Positions 1 to 9,805 of a stretch of 64,000 nt of DNA are shown one piece after another. Under the pieces are notes generated by a model, which saw only the letters and a list, made by a program, of their open reading frames with translations, ran no database searches and had not been told where the DNA came from. The position numbers and the translations under genes are program-made. This stretch comes from an uncultured delta proteobacterium (lineage in GTDB: Bacteria > Desulfobacterota > Binatia > UBA9968). The DNA lies in assembly GCA_963816145.1 (NCBI GenBank), contig CAWFJP010000013.1, forward strand, positions 160,001 to 224,000. Reading direction: 5' to 3'. Every line of letters starts with the position of its first letter. Position 1 is the first letter of the stretch.

Positions 1-115
1 TCATGCGATAGAAACTCAAGCGCATCGATTCGACGATGGGAAAAAGCGAAAACAGCGCGACGAAGCAGAAACTCGGCAGCAAAAACCACAGCGCGGCGTC
101 TTGAGATCTTTTCAT
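1..115 (-). CDS. sugar ABC transporter permease, N-terminal part (runs off window)
   Basis: ATG at 115 overlaps the binding-protein stop (ATGA); reads MKRSQDAALWFLLPSFCFVALFSLFPIVESMRLSFYR, a typical carbohydrate ABC permease start. Confidence 0.75.
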   Translation of the reverse strand, partial: MKRSQDAALWFLLPSFCFVALFSLFPIVESMRLSFYRM

Positions 116-1398
116 GGTGTTGACCTATCGCGCAGCAAATCGAGTACTCGGTTCATATCGCGCCCGGCGAAGGATGCGCGTTTGTCGATATCGGTATTGT
201 GCAGCGCCAGGACCGAGCTGAAGTAACGCTGCATGATGTTCGACAACGGCGCATAGACCGGTGTGACCGGCCGCGGCGCCGCCTGCTTGAATGTTTCAAG
301 CAGGGATTTCAGTTGCGGCATCTTCTTGTCAATTTCCGGATCATCATAGAGCGCGCGGCGGGTCGGCGCCCGACCGGTCGCCAGAGCGATGCGCTTCTGC
401 ATGTTCGCGCCGGTCATAAACGCGGCGAAGCGCCAAGCGAGCTCCGGCTGGAGCGAATAACGGCTGACGCCGATCTGCCAACCGCCGAGCGCGGCCGCGC
501 CCTGGGCCGGCGAGAATCCCGGTAACGGCGCCATGCCGACCCTGCCGGCGACCTTCGATCTCTCGGAGTCGTTGGCAACTGCCCAGGCATAGGGCCAGTT
601 GCGGTGAAAAATCGCCCGCCCCTCGGTGAAGAGCGCCAGAGACTCGGGCTCTTCATAGGCGAGCACGCCGCGATGGGAAACCTCGCCGATGATGCGGTCG
701 CGCACGAAGCGCACTGCCGCACGCGCCGCCGGCTGTTCCAGAGCGCTGACCATGGCCACTTCATCCCACAACTTGCCGCCGTTGCCGAGAATAAACTCCA
801 TCATGTTGCAGATCAGGCCTTCATACTGCTTGAACTGGCCGGAGTAGCCGATCAATTGCGGGTCGTTTGCGGCGGTGAGGATCTTCTTGGCGGCATCGAC
901 CAACTCCGGCCAGGTGCGCGGCGGCGCGACGCGATACTTGGTCAAAAGATCCTTCCGGTAGTAGAGCAAACCGGCGTCGATGAACAGAGGCACGCCGAAG
1001 ATCGGACCGCGGTAGCGATTGGCGGCGATCGGCGCGTCGAGAAACCGCTGCTGTTCGCTCTTAGAGAAGTAACGGTCCAGCGGCAAAGTCCAGCCGGCGG
1101 AGCCGAACTCGGCGGGCCAGATGACGTCCATGACGAAGACGTCCAGACGCGGGTCCCGATTCTTCAGCTTCTGCGTGAGCAGGTCGTGGAGTTGGGTCGA
1201 AGATTGCGGCCCGATCTCGCTAATGACCTTGACGCCCGGGTTCTGCCGCTCGAAATCGGCGATACCCTGGTTCCAAACTTCGGGCGCTTCCGAACGCCAG
1301 GTAACAAAGCGCAGTTCCGTCGTCTGGGCGTAAGCGACGCCGACGTAAACGCCAAGCACCAACGCAAGCATGACAGGGATCGCACGCGCGATAAACAT
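112..1398 (-). CDS. carbohydrate ABC transporter substrate-binding protein (trehalose/maltose-like)
   Basis: Signal peptide (AYA-Q), DVIWPAEF, LLYYRKDLL, QYEGL, RNWPYAW, LGGWQIGV motifs. Confidence 0.9.
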   Translation of the reverse strand: MFIARAIPVMLALVLGVYVGVAYAQTTELRFVTWRSEAPEVWNQGIADFERQNPGVKVISEIGPQSSTQLHDLLTQKLKNRDPRLDVFVMDVIWPAEFGSAGWTLPLDRYFSKSEQQRFLDAPIAANRYRGPIFGVPLFIDAGLLYYRKDLLTKYRVAPPRTWPELVDAAKKILTAANDPQLIGYSGQFKQYEGLICNMMEFILGNGGKLWDEVAMVSALEQPAARAAVRFVRDRIIGEVSHRGVLAYEEPESLALFTEGRAIFHRNWPYAWAVANDSERSKVAGRVGMAPLPGFSPAQGAAALGGWQIGVSRYSLQPELAWRFAAFMTGANMQKRIALATGRAPTRRALYDDPEIDKKMPQLKSLLETFKQAAPRPVTPVYAPLSNIMQRYFSSVLALHNTDIDKRASFAGRDMNRVLDLLRDRSTP

Positions 1399-1501
1399 GA
1401 GTCCAACATTCTACAGCGGGACTACGGTGACGCTGCCTCAGCGTAATTCTATGAGAATCTGTTGCTTAAGTAAGTAGGGAATGAAGCTTTGCGCCAGTCG
1501 G

Positions 1502-2341
1502 TTAATTCGGCAACGGCCAGTTCAACCACTCGGCGAGGCCGCGACCCATGATCCACTCGAACTCCGTGCTGGACAGCGATTTCATCTCTTCGGTGAAGAA
1601 CGTCACCACTTGTTTATAGGGGCATGGCAGATGCGAAAGATCGGTGCCCCAAAAACATCGCTGCGGGCCGAAGGCGTCGACGACGCGGCGCACCAGCGGA
1701 TGTAAGGTCGGAAATGGATAAGGCTCGGCGACGTAGCAGGGCAGCGCTGAAACCTTCACGGCGACATTCTTGTGGCGCGCGAGTTTGATCACGGCATCGA
1801 CCGAAGGGGTTAGATCCTTGCCGCGCAATACCGAATTGAGCCCCATGTGATCGACGATTAAACGTAGTCCTGGATGACGCTCGGCAACTTCGCCGAGCTT
1901 GGGCACGTCGGCCGGCGCCAGCGTCATGACCGGGATGTCGTATTTCTCGGCGGCGTCCCAGAACCAATCGGCGGTGCCATCATTCAACCATTGCGCCGAT
2001 TGTCCGCGATTGAAAACCATGCGGATGCCCAACATGTACGGCTGCTCTTTCCAGGTCGCCATCAATGCCGGGCCATTCGGATTGGTCAACGCTAGTTTGC
2101 CCATGACGCGGAAGCGATCGGGGTGCAGGCGCGCCGCTTCCAGTGATGTATCGTTCCGGTCGGCTTCCCAGGTCGGCGGCACGAGAATGCAGCGGGACAC
2201 TCCGGCGCCGTCCATCTCGCGCAACAATTCGTCATGGCCTAAGGGCACAGCGCGATGGGGCGCCGACGCATTTGCTTTGGCGTATGGCTTTTCCGGCGTC
2301 TCAGGGGCCCAGATATGCACTTGGGAGTCGATGATAAACAT
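1502..2341 (-). CDS. amidohydrolase family protein (Amidohydro_2)
   Basis: IIDSQVHIW, LIVDHMG, FWGTD motifs; alternative GTG start at 2359. Confidence 0.88.
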   Translation of the reverse strand: MFIIDSQVHIWAPETPEKPYAKANASAPHRAVPLGHDELLREMDGAGVSRCILVPPTWEADRNDTSLEAARLHPDRFRVMGKLALTNPNGPALMATWKEQPYMLGIRMVFNRGQSAQWLNDGTADWFWDAAEKYDIPVMTLAPADVPKLGEVAERHPGLRLIVDHMGLNSVLRGKDLTPSVDAVIKLARHKNVAVKVSALPCYVAEPYPFPTLHPLVRRVVDAFGPQRCFWGTDLSHLPCPYKQVVTFFTEEMKSLSSTEFEWIMGRGLAEWLNWPLPN

Positions 2342-2425
2342 TCTCTGGCAATGCTCCACGCGGCTGCGGCTATACCGAATTCATAATCCGGTAATCGTGC
2401 GGGCGTCAAGTTGGAATGGAAAGAA

Positions 2426-2451
2426 AGATTTCTCCCTGCGGTCGAAATGAC
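2426..2451. repeat. REP-like palindromic element
   Basis: AGATTTCTCCCTGCGGTCGAAATGAC in an intergenic position just past the hemG stop; imperfect ATTTC...GAAAT stem. Confidence 0.4.
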
Positions 2452-2488
2452 AAAATGAGTTTCGACCGTCCGCAGCGGGTGGTGCGCT

Positions 2489-3914
2489 CTACGAATTCGC
2501 CAGGACGGCGGCGACGGTGTTCTCTGCCGCCTCTTCGCCGGTGCGGACACAGTCGGAGATGCCGACGCCATGGTAGGCGCTGCCGGCGAGGGCAAGAGTC
2601 GGGAACTGTCGCAATGCCGCTTCGATTCGCTGCACCCGCGCTTGGTGGCCGACATGATACTGCGGCATCGATTCGGGGTGGCGCCAGATGCGCGAAAATA
2701 TCGGTGCGGCGGTGACGCCAAGCAAGCTCGCTAGTTCGCCGCGAACGCTGCTCTCCATCTCGCTGTCGCTTGCGCTGAGCAGTTCCGGCTGCAAACTGCC
2801 ACCGACGAAGGCGCGCAGTAAGATCTTATCTTGCGGCGCCCGGCCGGGATATTTCAGACTGCTGAAAGTGCAGGCCATGATCTTACGCTTCTCGATGGCC
2901 GGTACGACGAAGCCGAAGCTGTTCGGCGCTCGGGGGAAATCTTCGCGACGGTAGGCGAGGCTGACCGTGGCGGTTGAGGCGTAGGCGATCCCTGTCAATT
3001 CGCCGGTGGCGCTGCTATCGATCTGCCTGAGCAGAGCGCCGGTGCGATATGCCGGTGAGGCGAGTATGACCGCATCGGCTTCGATAATTTGTTCGCTGCC
3101 GATGGCGATGCGCCAAGTATTGTCGGCGTGATGCTGCAACTCGGTCGCCGCGGCGTTCAAGCGCATCGCGCCTTGTGGCAATCGCTGGGCGAGATTGTCG
3201 ACCAGCTCTTGCATGCCGCCGGCGAGGGTGACGAACAGACTCCAGCGCGCGCCGCTGCCGGTTTCGGCTTTCTTGGCGCGCTGGCGCTGGGCCGACCACA
3301 TGGCGTAGATAACGCTTCGGCTGCTTTTTTCCATTTCTTTGAAGCGCGGCATGGTGGCGCCGAGACTGAGCTTGTCGGGATCGGACGCGTAAATACCGCC
3401 GACCAACGGCTGAGCGACCCGTTCCAGCGCTTCGTCGCCAAAGCGGCGACGCACGAATGCGCCGAGACTTTCGTCGCCGTTCGAATCGGCTGCGCGGCAA
3501 AAATAGCTCGCTCGCCATGCGCAGCTTGGCGGGCCAGGAGAACAGCGGCGTCTGGATAAACGGCCAGAGGCGCGTCGGCGCGAGCAGGAAAAACCCTTCC
3601 GGCAGCGCGACCAGCTTGCCGTCATGGACGATGTAGATTTTCTGATAGGCCGATTGGGTTGAGACCAGTCGGGCGGTCAAGCCGATACGCTCGCATAACT
3701 TTAGCGCCCAAGGCTTTTCAGTGATGAAGGAATCGGGACCAGCCTCGACGAGAAAATCGTTGACACGCTCTGTCGCGATGGAGCCTCCTAGACGAGGCGC
3801 GGCTTCGAGCAGAGTTGTTTTAACGTCGAGCGACTTTGCCCGGTTCAGCTCAACGATGCGATGAGCGGCGGCGAGGCCGGCGATGCCGCCGCCGATGATG
3901 ACGATGTGCTTCAT
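2489..3914 (-). CDS. hemG: HemY-type protoporphyrinogen/coproporphyrinogen oxidase, one apparent frameshift near 3490
   Basis: ORF 3015..3914 has GGGIAGL FAD motif and EAGPDSF; ORF 2489..3625 continues with GGIYA, SMPQYHVGH, GVGISDC; follows hemE-hemH. Confidence 0.9.
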
Positions 3915-3923
3915 GATTAACTA

Positions 3924-3984
3924 GATCGAGGATGGATGATGGAGGATCGAGGGTTGCGATCGTCCATTCTCTACCCTCTATCCT
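3924..3984. repeat. heptamer tandem repeats in inverted arrangement
   Basis: GATCGAG GATGGAT GATGGAG GATCGAG followed by the complementary CCATTCT CTACCCT CTATCCT, overlapping the hemH stop. Confidence 0.6.
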
Positions 3985-4915
3985 TGACCGAATTCATCTC
4001 ATCCCCAATGACATCCGCCATCATACGCACGAACGTCGGATGATCGTTCGGGCAGCCGGCACGGATCATTTTGACGCCCAATCCATCGGCGATTTTTTTC
4101 GCTTCGATGTCCAGGTCATAAAGCACTTCGACATGGTCGCAGACGAAGCCGATGGGTGCGACGACGACTTCTTTAGATCCTGCAGCGGCCAGCGTTCTTA
4201 TGGCGTCGCCGATATCGGGTTCCAGCCAAGGATCGCTGGGGCGGCCGCTGCGGCTTTGGTAGGCCTGGGACCAGTTTGGCTGGCCGAGCTTTTGCGCGAT
4301 CAAACGCGCGCTGGTTTGCAATTGCTCGACGTAACCGGATTTCGCTGCCATCGCCGTTGGCAGGCTGTGCGCCGTGAAGATTACCGGCGTCGAACGTGGA
4401 ATCGCCGGGTCGATCTTTGTCAGGGCTGCTTGGATCAGTTCCACCCAGCTTTGAACGAACAGCGGATGGTCGTGCCAGCCGCCGCAATAATCGACTTCAG
4501 GCGCGCCGGCGCCAAGCTCAACGCGGGCGTCGGCGATATTTTTCTGATAGCGCTCCCAGCTCGCTTCGGTGCGATGTGAGGAGAGAATGAAACCGAGAGC
4601 GTTCTTCACACCGTCCTCGGCCATGAGTTGCAACGTTGCGTTAAAAAACGGGCTTGCGTTGCGCATGCCGACATAAACGGGAATTTTGCGATCTTGGCGC
4701 TTGAGCAACTGTTCCAGGGCGCGCGCTTGGCGAAAGGTAATTTCGTTGATTGGGGATTTGCCGCCGACCGCTTCGTAATGTTGCGCGACTTCTTCGAGAC
4801 GCTGTGGAGGGAATGGCAGCCCCTGGGTTACCCGCGCGAGAAAGGGCCTGATTTCTTCGGCACAGTTTGGACCACCGAAGGCGATCAACAAAACAGCGTC
4901 ATAGGGTTTCGACAT
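3971..4915 (-). CDS. hemH: ferrochelatase
   Basis: FGGP, GGKSP, YVGMRN, FTAHSLP, YQSRSG..WLEPD, PIGFVCDHVEVLYDLD motifs. Confidence 0.96.
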   Translation of the reverse strand: MSKPYDAVLLIAFGGPNCAEEIRPFLARVTQGLPFPPQRLEEVAQHYEAVGGKSPINEITFRQARALEQLLKRQDRKIPVYVGMRNASPFFNATLQLMAEDGVKNALGFILSSHRTEASWERYQKNIADARVELGAGAPEVDYCGGWHDHPLFVQSWVELIQAALTKIDPAIPRSTPVIFTAHSLPTAMAAKSGYVEQLQTSARLIAQKLGQPNWSQAYQSRSGRPSDPWLEPDIGDAIRTLAAAGSKEVVVAPIGFVCDHVEVLYDLDIEAKKIADGLGVKMIRAGCPNDHPTFVRMMADVIGDEMNSVKDRG

Positions 4916-4924
4916 ATCGCCGAT

Positions 4925-5959
4925 TCAGCGTGCGCTGAGTTCATGCACGGCTTCGACCATGGCGATGACGTGATCGACCGGGGTTTCCGGCAAGACGCCG
5001 TGGCCGAGATTGAAAATATGGCCGGGACGAGCGCCAGCGCGGCGCAAAACTTCCGCCACTCGACTTTTTATTTCTTTCGGCGATGCGAAAAGGGCAACCG
5101 GATCGAGGTTGCCTTGCACCGCGACATCGTGGCCAACGGCGCCCCAGCCTTCGTCCAAATTGACACGCCAGTCGAGGCCGATGACGTCGCCGCCGGCGGC
5201 GCGAACATGCTTTAACAAGCCGGCGGTTCCGGTGCTGAAATTGATCACAGGTATCCCCGGAGTCACCGCGTCGATCACCGCTTTGGTGTAGGGCTGAACG
5301 AACTGCTCGTAGTCGGCCGGCGACAGGCATCCTGCCCAGCTGTCGAAAATTTGCACCGCTTGGGCGCCGGCGGCGATTTGGCAGTTCAAATAGTCGCCAA
5401 TGACTTTAACGAGCTTTCCCATTAACCGTTTCCACGCTTCCGGGGCGGAGTAGAAGAGCCGCTTGGTATGAACATAGTTGCGCGAACCGCTGCCTTCGAT
5501 CAGATACGATGCCAAGGTAAACGGCGCGCCGGCAAAGCCGATGAGCGGCACCTTGTTCTTCAACTCCTTGCGGATCTTTTTGACCGACTCATAAACGTAA
5601 GCGAGTTCGGTTTCGACCTTGAAATCTTTCAGTCCATCGACGTCTTTGCCGCTGCGCACCGGGTGGTGCAGTACCGGGCCATCGCCTTTGGAATATTCCA
5701 AACCGACACCCATCGGTTCGAGAATCAGCAAGATATCGGCGAATAGAATCGCCGCGTCGACGTTGAGTTTGTACACTGGTGTGACCGTGATCTCGGTGGC
5801 GAGATCGGGGTTTTTGCACAGTGCGAGAAAATCATGTTGGGCGCGCAGCTTGCGGTATTCTTCCATGTAACGGCCGGCCTGGCGCATGAGCCACACCGGC
5901 GTATAGGAGGTCGACTCGCGGCGGCAGGCGGCGAGAAACGGATGATTCGTAGTAGCCAT
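4925..5959 (-). CDS. hemE: uroporphyrinogen decarboxylase
   Basis: PVWLMRQAGRY, DAAILFADIL, GAPFTLASY, QIFDSW, FNLGHG. Confidence 0.97.
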   Translation of the reverse strand: MATTNHPFLAACRRESTSYTPVWLMRQAGRYMEEYRKLRAQHDFLALCKNPDLATEITVTPVYKLNVDAAILFADILLILEPMGVGLEYSKGDGPVLHHPVRSGKDVDGLKDFKVETELAYVYESVKKIRKELKNKVPLIGFAGAPFTLASYLIEGSGSRNYVHTKRLFYSAPEAWKRLMGKLVKVIGDYLNCQIAAGAQAVQIFDSWAGCLSPADYEQFVQPYTKAVIDAVTPGIPVINFSTGTAGLLKHVRAAGGDVIGLDWRVNLDEGWGAVGHDVAVQGNLDPVALFASPKEIKSRVAEVLRRAGARPGHIFNLGHGVLPETPVDHVIAMVEAVHELSAR

Positions 5960-6004
5960 AAAATTAGTCGGAATGGAAAACAGTATGAAGCTTTGGCGGC
6001 AAAA

Positions 6005-7126
6005 TCAACTCGATCGCTTGCGCGGCGTGGCGGCGCCGATGGTTTGCTCGCCATATTTCCGGCGCAGCTTGTCGATGCCTTTGTACAGCCGCTCAAAGGC
6101 ATTGCGCCGCTCGCCATCGAGCAACGGTTCCTGCCAGCCCGAATCTTGCAGCGCGCTGGCGCTGACACCCAATAAGCGCACGGCGCGGCCCTGAGTAATA
6201 TTCTGACGCAGTAAATCGCGCACCGCCTGAAAGATTTCCTTGTCGAAGCAAGTGGGCGCGGCCAGCGTGCGCGATCGCGTGATTGTCTGGAAATTGCTGT
6301 AGCGAATCTTTACCGTCAAACAGCGCGCGAACAGTTCTTCACGGCGCAACCGGCCGCCGACTTCTTCGACCAACTCCCAGAGCACTTGTTCCATTGCCGT
6401 GATGGTCTTAAGAGGCGCGCTCAAGGTTGTTTCGTTGCCGATGGAATGATTATGGTGGCGATGGTGTTCCGCGGTTTCGCTGAGATCGAGATAGCGCGCC
6501 GCCAGTTCCGGTCTGGCGAGCAGATCGCCGATGGTCTTGATGCCGCGCTGGAGCATGGTTTTTTGGGTCTTGGGGCCGACGCCAGGGATCGTTTCTACCT
6601 TCTGCGGCGAGAGAAAATTAATTTCCGCGCCAGCCGGAATGTAAATGAGACCATGGGGTTTTGCCAAAGTCGCGGCGATCTTGGCGACGACGCGATGAGT
6701 CGACAAACCGCCGGATGAAGGCAATCCCACCTCTTGTTCAATTTGCCGGATGATCTTGTCGGTGATCTTGAGCGGCGGACCGAGGAGCCGCTCGGTGCCG
6801 GTGAGATCGACGAGCGCTTCGTCAATGGACAGCTTGTGCACTGCGGGGGAATACTGTTCGAGGATGGCGAAGACTTTGGCGGAGCATTCTCCATAAGTTC
6901 GGCGCCGGTTGGGCAAAAAGATTCCTTGCGGGCAAAGCTTTTTGGCTTGAAAGCCCGGCATGGCCGAATGAACCCCGAACTTTCTCGCCTCGTATGACGC
7001 TGAGGTCACCACGCCGCGGCCGTTGCGGCCGCCGACGATCACCGGTTTCCCTTTCAAGCTCGGATCGAGGGCCTGTTCGACCGACGCATAGAAGGCGTCC
7101 ATGTCGATGTGGAGGTACCAAGACAT
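6005..7126 (-). CDS. dinB: DNA polymerase IV (Y family)
   Basis: HIDMDAFYASVE, SYEARKFGVHSAMP, SIDEA, PGVG, C-terminal VRLLGV. Confidence 0.94.
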   Translation of the reverse strand: MSWYLHIDMDAFYASVEQALDPSLKGKPVIVGGRNGRGVVTSASYEARKFGVHSAMPGFQAKKLCPQGIFLPNRRRTYGECSAKVFAILEQYSPAVHKLSIDEALVDLTGTERLLGPPLKITDKIIRQIEQEVGLPSSGGLSTHRVVAKIAATLAKPHGLIYIPAGAEINFLSPQKVETIPGVGPKTQKTMLQRGIKTIGDLLARPELAARYLDLSETAEHHRHHNHSIGNETTLSAPLKTITAMEQVLWELVEEVGGRLRREELFARCLTVKIRYSNFQTITRSRTLAAPTCFDKEIFQAVRDLLRQNITQGRAVRLLGVSASALQDSGWQEPLLDGERRNAFERLYKGIDKLRRKYGEQTIGAATPRKRSS

Positions 7127-7141
7127 TTTGGCTGATGTTTA

Positions 7142-7216
7142 ACCACGAAGGACACGAAGCTCGGACAAAGCAATCTTCTAAAATCTTTCTTCTCTTACAT
7201 TCGTGTTCTTCGTGGT
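7142..7216. repeat. intergenic inverted repeat built from CACGAAG units
   Basis: ACCACGAAGGACACGAA (7142-7158) pairs with TTCGTGTTCTTCGTGGT (7200-7216), one G-T pair. Confidence 0.6.
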
Positions 7217-7229
7217 GAACATTCTCTCA

Positions 7230-8222
7230 TCATCGTTTGTAGAGCCCGTCGATGAAACCGGCGGCGTCGATCTTTTGCACGAAAGAGTTGTCGTAGAAAA
7301 CCTCCGGTTTGGCCTGGACGCCCTTGGGACTTTTGACGACATCGAGGACCGCTTGGACTTCCTGGCGTGTTATCAGCGGCACACGTTGATAAGCGCTGCC
7401 ATAGTCGTCGTAAATACTTTCTAAAGTCTGGCGGTTATCGGTTTTCAAAAATTTGCCTATGGCTTTGTAGGTGGTCTCTTTGTCGCTACGAATGATCGCC
7501 AGCGCTTCGATATAGGCTCTGAGAAAACGGTGAATATGATCGGGCTTCTGTTGAATCATCTTGCGCGTCGTGCAGACGCCGACGAAGACGAAGGGTATAT
7601 TCAACTCGGTGACATTGAGAATCGGCTTCAACCCCAACTCCAGGGCTTGGATAGTCGTCGGTGCCGACATCAGGCCGGCGGCGGCATTGCCGGATTTCAC
7701 CGTGGTGACTAAAGCCGGCATGCTGCCGGTGAAAAGAATTTTTACATCTTTATCCGGGACCAGACCGAAACGGCGCAATACAATGCGTGTCGCATAGTCG
7801 GTGGATGCGGCGGCCTGGGTAGCTGCGACGGTTTTGCCTTTGAGATCTTGCACGGTTTTGATCGCCGGATCGCCGAAGAGTTGGAAGACGAATCGGTTGA
7901 TGTTGCCGGCGACGTAGATGGTATCCGCGCCCTCGAGGGCGACATCGATGCATTGGTTGCCGACCATGCCGATATCCTCGCTGCCGGCGACAATGGCTTG
8001 CACCGAAGTGGTGGCGGCGAGATAGTTCAAATTATGTTGCAAGCCATGCTTGGCGAACAGGCCGAGTTCTTGCCCCAACCATAGCGGCGCCATGGAGCCG
8101 CCGAGGGCGTTGTAGACAATGCGGATGCTTTGAGCGTCAGCCGCAAATGACTTCGACACGAACACTTGACCAGCGAGGAGGGCGACGAACACAACCGAGG
8201 CGAGCTTTGTCGACAATTTCAT
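7230..8222 (-). CDS. ABC transporter substrate-binding protein, NitT/TauT (NMT1/SsuA-like) family
   Basis: Signal peptide, GLFAKHGL, DLKGKTVA, GLVPDKDVKI, C-terminal FYDNSFV; GGAGG RBS. Confidence 0.88.
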   Translation of the reverse strand: MKLSTKLASVVFVALLAGQVFVSKSFAADAQSIRIVYNALGGSMAPLWLGQELGLFAKHGLQHNLNYLAATTSVQAIVAGSEDIGMVGNQCIDVALEGADTIYVAGNINRFVFQLFGDPAIKTVQDLKGKTVAATQAAASTDYATRIVLRRFGLVPDKDVKILFTGSMPALVTTVKSGNAAAGLMSAPTTIQALELGLKPILNVTELNIPFVFVGVCTTRKMIQQKPDHIHRFLRAYIEALAIIRSDKETTYKAIGKFLKTDNRQTLESIYDDYGSAYQRVPLITRQEVQAVLDVVKSPKGVQAKPEVFYDNSFVQKIDAAGFIDGLYKR

Positions 8223-8333
8223 AATGCCTCCTCCAGCGAACTATGGATCGGAGAGTAGGAGAGCCGGCCGGCTGGTGTCAAGGGAATTGGCCGCTCGGAA
8301 TCGTTCAAAACCTTTAAATTCGCTCCTGCGCGA

Positions 8334-9794
8334 TCAATTCTCTTTGCGCGTGCCGCGCACGGCGGAGGAAAAGACCGCCAGAACGGTGAAGCAGCTGAGC
8401 GCGAAGATGGTGGTGGAGAAGCCGCGCATGAAAATTTCCGGCGCGGCGCGCCAGCCTTCGGGGGAATTGACCTGACTACTGGTCAAGCCGGCGGCGTTGA
8501 GAAGATAGCCGAAGAGTGTCGCCGATAAGGCCACGCCGATGGCGCCGCCGGTGCGCGCCGTGGTCGCGATCATACCGGCGGCGGCGCCGATTCGCTCTTG
8601 ACTCACGGCGCCGAGGATCGAGCTCTGGTTCGGGGCATTGAAGAGCGCCCAGCCGATCCCCCAAATGACCAGCGGCAACATGATGCGCACCAGCGAGGAA
8701 TGGAGGTCGAGGGTGGCGAGAAAAATTTGCGCCACGGCGATCACGGCAACGCCGATGGTGCACAGCAGCCGCGAGCCCAGGCGATCGGAAAGCGCGCCGG
8801 CGATCGGCGCCATGATCATGATGATCACCGAATCAGCGACGATGATCCAGCCCACTTGCGATGGCGTATACCCTAACAGGTTCTGGAGAAAAAACGGCAG
8901 CAAAAAATTGATCGCCGAGAGCGTGGCGGCGATCAGAAATAGGCTCATGACGCCGGCGCTGAACTGGCGGATGCGGAACATCGACAGCGTCAGGATCGGC
9001 AGTCTTGACTTAGCTTCGACCCGCAGTAGGAAAATCCCTGCGACGATGGCGCAGGCGAAGCTAATAAGAAAGTTCGGATGGCGCCAGCCGCCGCGCGGCA
9101 ATTGGTCGATGGCGTAAATAAATAGTCCGTTGGTTAACAGCAGCAGCAATGCGCCCGGAACGTCGATGGGACTGCTCTTCGCACCCGCCGCTTTGGCCAT
9201 GCGGGTTTCGGGCACGACTTTCCAAGCGAGAAAAGCTCCGGCGAGGCTGAACGGCAAATTGATATAGAAGATCCAACGCCAGCCGATGCTGTCGATCAGA
9301 AAGCCGCCGAGCGAAGGGCCGGTGAGAAAGCCGACATGAAACGCGGTCGATGTGAGCCCGAGGGCCCGGCCCCGGTCTTCCACCGGCAAGTTGACCGACA
9401 CGATGGCGCGGCCGTTGGCCGCGATCATCGAACCGCCGATCGCCTGCACGGCGCGGAAAAAAATCAACTGTCCGGTGGTTTGAGTGAGGCCGCAGATCGC
9501 CGAAGCGGTGACGAAAATTACAAAACCGAGTGTGTAAAAACGGCGCCGGCCGAACAGATCGCCAAGCCGGCCCATGGTGATGATCAGACCGATTAAAACC
9601 AGATCGTAAACCAGGATAGTCCATTGGATGGTTGTGAATGGGGTGGCAAAAATTTTTGCCAAGGTCGGCAGGGCGACGGTGATAGCGCGCTGATCGAGGC
9701 CGACCAGGGCCTGGCCGAGACAGACGCTCAGCAAGATCAAATTCGCGGCGCGCTTGGAGTGGGTTACTTGACTGGATTCGGTTGGCGGATTCAT
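8334..9794 (-). CDS. DHA2-family (14-TM) MFS transporter
   Basis: VALPTL, GRLGDLFGRRR motif A, GPSLGG, WRWIFYINLP; start taken at ATG 9794. Confidence 0.92.
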   Translation of the reverse strand: MNPPTESSQVTHSKRAANLILLSVCLGQALVGLDQRAITVALPTLAKIFATPFTTIQWTILVYDLVLIGLIITMGRLGDLFGRRRFYTLGFVIFVTASAICGLTQTTGQLIFFRAVQAIGGSMIAANGRAIVSVNLPVEDRGRALGLTSTAFHVGFLTGPSLGGFLIDSIGWRWIFYINLPFSLAGAFLAWKVVPETRMAKAAGAKSSPIDVPGALLLLLTNGLFIYAIDQLPRGGWRHPNFLISFACAIVAGIFLLRVEAKSRLPILTLSMFRIRQFSAGVMSLFLIAATLSAINFLLPFFLQNLLGYTPSQVGWIIVADSVIIMIMAPIAGALSDRLGSRLLCTIGVAVIAVAQIFLATLDLHSSLVRIMLPLVIWGIGWALFNAPNQSSILGAVSQERIGAAAGMIATTARTGGAIGVALSATLFGYLLNAAGLTSSQVNSPEGWRAAPEIFMRGFSTTIFALSCFTVLAVFSSAVRGTRKEN

Positions 9795-9805
9795 CGCGTG
9801 GTTGG

